Under the pieces are notes generated by a model. It saw nothing but the letters and a program-made list of their open reading frames with translations. It ran no database searches and was not told the origin of the DNA. From positions 1 through 42,494 of the forward strand of contig DASRKZ010000100.1 of NCBI GenBank assembly GCA_035648675.1: a stretch of 42,494 bases of DNA, read 5' to 3'. This DNA is from Solirubrobacteraceae bacterium. GTDB taxonomy: Bacteria; Actinomycetota; Thermoleophilia; Solirubrobacterales; Solirubrobacteraceae. Below are positions 39,446 to 42,494 of this stretch, piece after piece; positions within the stretch are counted from its first letter, which is position 1; every line of letters starts with the position of its first letter. Both the position numbers and the translations under genes were made by a program.

Positions 39446-40084
39446 ATGCTGCTGCGACGGCGCCCGCGTGAGGTCTACCGCGTATACACCGAGGAGGAGT
39501 ATCTGAACGGAGCCGGGTCGGAGCTCGCGGGCGCACGCGAGTGGCCGGAGATGGTCGAGCCCGCGGGAAAGGGCGCCGGCGAGCGTCGTCGGCTGCGCCG
39601 GGCGGCCGGGGTGGCGATGCTGGCCGGGGCGATGGGAACTGTGGGCGGCGTGGTCGCCACGAACGGCTCACGGGCGCACGACGGCACCGGAAGACGGCCG
39701 GGGAACATGGTTGCCGCAACATCTTCGAAGCGGATCGTGCGAGCCCCCCTGATTGCCCGCTCCACCGGGACACCATCTCGATCGGTCGCTACGCGTCCCC
39801 CTCAGGCCACGAGCCGGCGTCCCCCTCAGGCCACGAGCCGGCGTGTCGCACCGGCCGGACGACATCGCGGGGCCGCGGGTACTCGGCTTCCCCTCCACCC
39901 TCGCGAGGGGGTTGCGAGTGTTGTTGAGAATTCCTCCGGCGCCTCAGCGGATAGAGCGCCCGTCGTCGTCGTTGTCACCACCACCCCCGTTGCCTCGGCC
40001 GATGTGAGCACGACCGCCGGCTCGACGGGCGCGAGCGCCGCATCGGCGGGAGCGGGACGCCCCGAGTTCGGATTCGAGCGCTGA
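39446..40084 (+). CDS. Hypothetical single-TM protein at the head of the transfer operon
   Basis: MLLRRRPREVYRVYTEEEYL, one hydrophobic segment, low-complexity linker, ends EFGFER; abuts the TcpC-like gene. Confidence 0.6.
   Translation: MLLRRRPREVYRVYTEEEYLNGAGSELAGAREWPEMVEPAGKGAGERRRLRRAAGVAMLAGAMGTVGGVVATNGSRAHDGTGRRPGNMVAATSSKRIVRAPLIARSTGTPSRSVATRPPQATSRRPPQATSRRVAPAGRHRGAAGTRLPLHPREGVASVVENSSGASADRAPVVVVVTTTPVASADVSTTAGSTGASAASAGAGRPEFGFER
39793..39844 (+). repeat. Exact 24-bp tandem duplication, in frame
   Basis: GCGTCCCCCTCAGGCCACGAGCCG x2 (RPPQATSR). Confidence 0.9.
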
Positions 40085-40972
40085 GTGATGCGCGTAACTC
40101 AGGGGAATGCACGGGTGAGGATCGGGACGCGGCCGCTGTGGCGGATCCGAACGGCACGAGAATGGCCCCGCTACCTCGTGAGCGCGGTGGCCGTGACGGG
40201 GCTCGCGGCAAGTGTGCGCTTTGCGATCGACCCGCCGCGGCCGGCGACGCCGAGGGTAGCCGCACGCGCACCCGCGCCGACAGACCTCGCGGCCGAGGGC
40301 TTCGCGTCGTTGTTCGCGCGCAGCTATCTGACGTGGAACGCCGCGGATCCCCAAGCCCACGAACAGGGGCTGGCCTCGTTCGCCGGGCCCGGGATCGATC
40401 CGGATGGGGGACTGCAGCCACCCTCGAGCGGTGAGGAGCGGGTGGAGTGGACCGAAGTCGTGCAGGAGCGCGAATTGGAATTGGTGCCCGCCCGCCCCGA
40501 GCACGTCTACACGGTGGCCGCGCAGACCGACGACGCGGGCCTGGAGTACTTGACGGTGAGCGTCGTGCGCACGGCCGGCGGGAGCTTGGCGCTGGGCGGT
40601 TATCCCGCCTTCGTGGGGGCGCCGGCCAGCGGCCCGGCACAGGCATCCTCGTCGCAGGGGCGCCTGCGCGAAGTGGAGGAACCGGCGCTTGCGACGGTTG
40701 TGGGGCGCGCGCTGCGCAACTACCTGTCCGCCTCGGGCTCGGAGCTTGCGGCCGACCTGACGAGCGACGCGCACGTCTCGTTGCCGGCGGGGGGGTTGAG
40801 CCTGGAATCGGTTCAGCGCCTGGACTGGGCGCCGGGCGCGGGTGCGGTGCTCGCCGTGGTGCAGGCGCAGGACGGACGCGGTGCTCGATACACGCTCGCC
40901 TACGAACTCGACGTTGCCCAGGTACAGGGCCGCTGGGAGGTCTCCGCGATCCAGATGAACCCCGACTCCTAA
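40085..40972 (+). CDS. TcpC-like (VirB8-like) conjugal transfer protein
   Basis: N-terminal TM, then FASLFARSYLTW and two NTF2-like halves ending RWEVSAI. Confidence 0.7.
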   Translation: MMRVTQGNARVRIGTRPLWRIRTAREWPRYLVSAVAVTGLAASVRFAIDPPRPATPRVAARAPAPTDLAAEGFASLFARSYLTWNAADPQAHEQGLASFAGPGIDPDGGLQPPSSGEERVEWTEVVQERELELVPARPEHVYTVAAQTDDAGLEYLTVSVVRTAGGSLALGGYPAFVGAPASGPAQASSSQGRLREVEEPALATVVGRALRNYLSASGSELAADLTSDAHVSLPAGGLSLESVQRLDWAPGAGAVLAVVQAQDGRGARYTLAYELDVAQVQGRWEVSAIQMNPDS

Positions 40973-40997
40973 CCCCGAACCGAACGAAGGAGCTCGC

Positions 40998-41408
40998 ATG
41001 AAAACCATCCACCATCCTCGCCTCTCGCGATCGGCGGCGGCGCGATCGGCGGCAGCCGTGGGATGCGCCGTCCTCGCGCTTGCCTGCACGTGGACGGCCG
41101 CCACGCCAGCCGCCGGGCGGGTGGCGATCGAAGCGTCTCCTCAGGCGAACACCCAGCAGTCCGTCCCCTCCGAAAAGGCGGGAACATCGCTCGAATCGGC
41201 CGCCGCGAAGGCGGGTGATACGGCCCGCACGGTGGCGATGAGCCTGATCGGGCTCGCCCTCGCGATCGCGTCGATCGTGCTGGCCTTCCGTCGTGACTTC
41301 AAGGAGGCGGCGGGCGTCTTCGCGGTGGGGATCGTCGCCGTGCTGCTGGCCACCCCGGCGGGCTTGAGCCTGCTGCAAGACACCGTCACGTCGCTGTTCG
41401 GATCCTGA
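40998..41408 (+). CDS. Small membrane protein (TrbC/VirB2- or TcpD-like)
   Basis: Signal sequence plus two TM helices separated by FRRDFK; lies between TcpC- and TcpE-like genes. Confidence 0.55.
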   Translation: MKTIHHPRLSRSAAARSAAAVGCAVLALACTWTAATPAAGRVAIEASPQANTQQSVPSEKAGTSLESAAAKAGDTARTVAMSLIGLALAIASIVLAFRRDFKEAAGVFAVGIVAVLLATPAGLSLLQDTVTSLFGS

Positions 41409-41413
41409 GAGAG

Positions 41414-42001
41414 ATGGAGATTCGCTCCTACCGCGCCGTGTTCGACCTGGAGCGGCGCATCTATCGCGTCGACCGGCTGCGGCTGAACCCCGGTGGGATT
41501 CCGGTGCGGGGCGTCGTCTACTTCCTCGCGATCCTCGCCGCCACGTTGATCCTCGGCGGTCTGCCACTCGTGGGAGACGCGGTCGAGGCGCTCCCCTGGT
41601 ACTTGCGCGATCTCGCGCTGCCGGTGGCGAGCGCCACGGTGCTGAGCGTGATCCGAATCGAGGGCCGGCCATTTCACCTGGCGGCGTATGCGCTGCTGCG
41701 CTACCGCGTCGGCGCGCGCCACCTCGCCGGTGTGCGCCCCTGCGGGGCGCTCGGCGCGTGTTGGCATCCGGAGGAGATCCTGATGCTGCCGGACGGCTCC
41801 GACGGGAGGATGCGCCGGCTGCGCTACACGGGCCCCGGAGCCGTGCTTGTCGCCACTGCGCACGAGCGAATCGAGAGCAGGGGTCCTCTGGGCGGCGCCC
41901 GGCTGACGCTACGCGAACTTCCAGAGGAGCGTGCTCCTACTCAAGGACAGGTGATCGCGCTTGCGCGCAGCGTTCGGATGCGGGTCGGGGGGAGGCGGTG
42001 A
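41414..42001 (+). CDS. TcpE-family (VirB3-like) conjugal transfer membrane protein
   Basis: IRSYRAVFDLERRIYRVD..P.GIP N-terminus, two TMs, IEGRP. Confidence 0.72.
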   Translation: MEIRSYRAVFDLERRIYRVDRLRLNPGGIPVRGVVYFLAILAATLILGGLPLVGDAVEALPWYLRDLALPVASATVLSVIRIEGRPFHLAAYALLRYRVGARHLAGVRPCGALGACWHPEEILMLPDGSDGRMRRLRYTGPGAVLVATAHERIESRGPLGGARLTLRELPEERAPTQGQVIALARSVRMRVGGRR

Positions 42002-42494
42002 AGCCGCCGATCGGCTTCGTATACGGCAACTGCGTCTTCGCGGACGCGCTCGATGACGGCTGGGCCGCCTTCGCGGTCGAGTCGGCCTCGTATGAGTGGC
42101 TCGCGGAGGATGGCAAGCGCGCGAGGTTCCTCGCGCTGCTCGGAGCGCTGGAGGCGATCGAGGCCGACGTGCAGATCCTGCGCGTAGGGCGGCGCTGGGA
42201 CCTGGCGCGGTATGCGCGCGAGCTCGAGAATGACGGGCACAGCGCTCACCACGCACGCGCGAAGCGACGCTATCTGGAGGAGCACAGAGAGCGCCTGACG
42301 GAGATCGGCGACGCGCGGCCGGAGGTGTTCCTGATGGTGAGCCTGCGCGATCCCGAGCGTGACGTCGCGGCCTATGTCTCACGCGCCGCCGAGCGTCATC
42401 CGCGCGAGTGGCTGGAGGGGGTGAGGCGCGCCTTCTCGGTGCGAGACAGACGCGTGCTGAAGGTCTCAGAGCTCGAGCGCGCACGGGTCCGCGC
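41998..42494 (+). CDS. Probable VirB4/TcpF-like ATPase, N-terminal part (runs off window; not in ORF track)
   Basis: GTG overlaps the TcpE stop (GTGA); open to the window end: VKPPIGFVYGNCVF..WAAF..SYEWL; identity inferred from position, Walker motifs not visible. Confidence 0.6.
   Translation, partial: MKPPIGFVYGNCVFADALDDGWAAFAVESASYEWLAEDGKRARFLALLGALEAIEADVQILRVGRRWDLARYARELENDGHSAHHARAKRRYLEEHRERLTEIGDARPEVFLMVSLRDPERDVAAYVSRAAERHPREWLEGVRRAFSVRDRRVLKVSELERARVR

Overview
GC-rich actinobacterial chromosome segment. Gene content and the pervasive leaderless-type starts suggest Thermoleophilia/Solirubrobacterales, but that is inference. From left to right: (1) glmM(3')-glmS-nnr-alr, a tRNA nucleotidyltransferase and a HIT protein; (2) a respiratory cluster with two different heme-copper oxidase catalytic cores (an A2-type YSHPAVY subunit I and an A1-type GHPEVY subunit I, each with its own subunit II), one subunit III, heme o synthase, several tiny membrane proteins and a cytochrome c-cupredoxin fusion lipoprotein; (3) lipid, redox and beta-oxidation genes, trxB, alpha2-type glyQS and a structured non-coding region; (4) 1-Cys peroxiredoxin, Nudix, OsmC, DUF1015, tRNA-Pro(TGG), a fused/degraded AbiE-like toxin-antitoxin remnant, an MFS pump, an HxlR regulator, lon and YihY; (5) the start of a Gram-positive-type conjugation (TcpC/TcpE/VirB4-like) module headed by a sigma-like regulator. 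The most striking unexplained element is at 37307-37472: seven back-to-back perfect 22-24 bp palindromes with about 24 bp periodicity, all centred on CATG but with different arm sequences.
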